This document shows positions 61,585-64,000 of a DNA stretch of 64,000 nucleotides, one piece after another. Every line of letters starts with the position of its first letter. The stretch's first letter is position 1. A program made the position numbers and the translations under genes. Below the pieces are notes generated by a model. That model was not told where the DNA came from. It searched no databases and saw only the letters and a list, made by a program, of their open reading frames with translations. This DNA is from Spirogloea muscicola. Lineage: Eukaryota. The DNA lies in contig WELB01000013.1 in the NCBI GenBank assembly GCA_009602725.1, positions 188,464-252,463 of the forward strand. The letters run 5' to 3'.

Positions 61585-64000
61585 ATGGCTCGTCGGGCAG
61601 CAGGAGGCCTGCTGGCGATGGCTGTTCTAGCTGCCGGCGCCCTCCTCGCAACCGCAACAACTGCGCCAGGCGATATCGCTGCTCTGCAGGCATTCAAAGG
61701 CGGCATACAGTGGGACCCACTCGGCCTCCTAGCTTCGTGGAATTTTGCCAGTTCCGACCCCTGTGATGCCAACTTCACGGGCATCAGTTGCAGCGGAACT
61801 TCACAAGTGAGCCCCCCTCTTCCCCTCCCGCCCCCGCCCCGGCCCCCTGCCTGTCCTTCTTCCGCTGGTCCTCCAACAAATTCCACCCCTTCACAACTGG
61901 CTCGTCTCACCCCCCCTCTACGCCCTCTCGTGCCTCACTCCATGCGCCTCTGACAGACGCCGCTTGCAACGAGAAGCTCATTTGTGCTGATGCTGTCCTC
62001 GCATGCTGCATGGTGGCCAGGACGCCGGGCGGCGTGTCACCGATCTTGTGCTGCGCGGGAAGCGCGACCAGTGGCTCTTCATGCAGGGCAACATCGCTGG
62101 CGTGGCGGCCCTGACTGCGCTCAGGACGCTCGACCTCAACGGCAACGCGCTCACGGCGTCACTGACCAGCCTTGGCCTCGTGGGTCTGCCAGCGCTGCAG
62201 CGCCTCGACCTCGGCGGCAACTTCATTACAGGGCCGCTGCCAGCCGACCTCGCAGCGTGCGCCGGCCTCTCGTACCTTGATCTCAGCGGCACGGCGCTGG
62301 ATGGTCCCCTCCCGGCCGGCATCCTCGGCAGCCTTGTCGGTCTCACGCACGTCGATCTCTCCTTCAATGCCATCGCGGGGCTACTACCATCTGGCGAGCT
62401 TCGCAAGCTCACCAAGCTCAGGTATCACTACTCGCATTGGCAAATTCATGGGTACCTATGTTTTGTTTTCCTCAGGAGCACACTATATGGTGCGTGCACC
62501 ACCTCCTCCAGAGACGGCCACTGACTGCACCTTGTAGCACTGCACCCGCTGCAGCTACCTGAATTTGCAGAGCGATCCATTGGCGGCGCCGTTTAGCGGA
62601 CCATTCCCAGACCTCACGGGCCTCACTGCGCTGTCGTACCTGGAGCTGAGTGGCAACGCCTTTGCGCGACCAATCCCCGCTGGCAGCCTCGGCAGCCTGG
62701 CCTCGCTGCAATATCTCGGCCTTGCTGGCATGGCCACGCTCGCCGGCGAGCCCTTCCCACCCGGTGTTGCATCACTCTTCCGCCTTACGGCCATCATGGC
62801 AACAGGTTGCGGTTTTGCCGGGCATCTGCCGCGGCTGATGCTGCCAGCGCTGGCAACCCTCGACCTTGGCGCCAATGCGCTGGTCGGCCCGCTGAACCTC
62901 AGCGGCCTGCCAGCACTGCGCAAGCTGGCACTGGGCGGCAACCCCCTCGGCGGCTCACTGCCGGACCTCTCTGCCCAGGCGGCTTCTCTTGTGACCCTCG
63001 ACCTTAGCGGCTGCAGCCTCGCCGGGCCTGTGCCCTCCACCACGCTACGCCTGAGCGCACTGCAGAGCATGGACCTCAGCAACAACGCCCTTACTGGCAC
63101 GCTCTCGATGCAGCTCGCCGTGCTGCCAGCCATTACTGTCATCAACATTGCCAACAACCGCCTCTCCGGCCCATTGCCAAGCCTGACAATGGTGCCTACC
63201 CTCAAGGTGAACACAGGCGCTGCCCTGTCCCCTTTAAATACCCTCTACCTCCCCCCCTTCCCCCTTCCCCCAATTTGTCCCCCTCCACCCTGCCACTCAC
63301 TGGACGCCTTCCTCACAACTCACATTTCCTCTAGCTCTCTCCCTTCCACCCCCAGCCCCTCCTAACTTGGGCAAGCCCTCTCCACACGCTGTCGCCTGCA
63401 GCAATTCGGTGCTGCTGGCAACACTTTCTCTGGCAACCTGCCAAAGCTTCCGGCGTCCATGGTGAGCCTGGACTTCTCAGGCAACCTCTTCACAGGCAAT
63501 ATGGGGGCACTCGGCCCCTTCGGGAGCCTCCCGGCGCTCACTGGTTTGAAGCTGGCCTCCAACGGGCTGAATGGAAGGATGCCGGACCTCTCCAGTGCAT
63601 TGGCTCTGGTGTTTGTGGATGTTACCAACAATCAGCTCAGTGGTGCCCCGCCGACAAATAAGGAAGTCCCACCGGGACTTGCCACGCTCCTCATGGCTGG
63701 CAACAAGCTCGCGGGTGGCTTCCAGGATGGGAAGCCATACCCGCTGTCTGTTCAGTACCTTGACTTCAGCTCCAACCAGGTGAGCCTACCTGTTGCCTGC
63801 CAGCCCAAAGCATGCCAAAGGGAAGAGTAGCCCACAGTGCAGCAAATCATACTGTGCCCCTCAGTGTCCGCCCCCTTGTCACAACCCAGCATTGAGACCC
63901 TGCCAAGAGCGCGATACAGAGAGATGCAGGAAGAGGACTAGGAGAATGAGGGAAGCGGAGGGGAAGGAGAACAGGAAGCAGCATAGATATAAACTGGATT
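61585..64000 (+). CDS. Secreted plant-type leucine-rich-repeat protein (LRR receptor-like protein or kinase ectodomain), 3' partial
   Basis: Signal peptide MARRAAGGLLAMAVLAAGALLATA, LRRNT cap DIAALQAFKGGI..LASW..SDPC..FTGISC, then repeated LxxLDLSxNxLxGxxP units over several exons. Confidence 0.88.

Overview
Gene-dense eukaryotic nuclear DNA: GC-rich, with many short spliceosomal introns, five long N gaps and one poly-T artefact. The proteins are plant-like, the repeats are TTTAGGG-type and two introns look U12-type, which points to a streptophyte, probably a charophyte-grade alga (inference). Genes in order: M28/ERMP1-like peptidase (-) joined to a profilin exon at an assembly gap; DUF2306-like membrane protein (+); DNA polymerase epsilon subunit 2 (-); HemW/HemN-like radical SAM protein (+); ABC1/ADCK kinase (+); R3H + G-patch protein (-); an orphan gene (+); DBP4/DDX10 helicase (-); GCN2 (+); DTWD1-like protein (-); DMC1 (-); and a secreted LRR receptor-like gene running off the right edge (+). 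Five intergenic zones are patchworks of 5'-truncated pieces of a CRE-clade-like non-LTR retrotransposon (RT thumb, CCHC knuckle, restriction-like endonuclease). These pieces come from several subfamilies, lie in both orientations, sit mostly just upstream of gene starts, and carry a reiterated hairpin-forming 3' motif. Other notable items are an AT-AC intron in POLE2, a U12-type GT-AG intron in DMC1, at least three GC-AG introns, a (TTTAGGG)3 tract at the edge of an intron/exon duplication in GCN2, and an ESKW variant of the DTW motif. All calls come from reading the sequence by eye. Gene spans include introns, and no database search was run.
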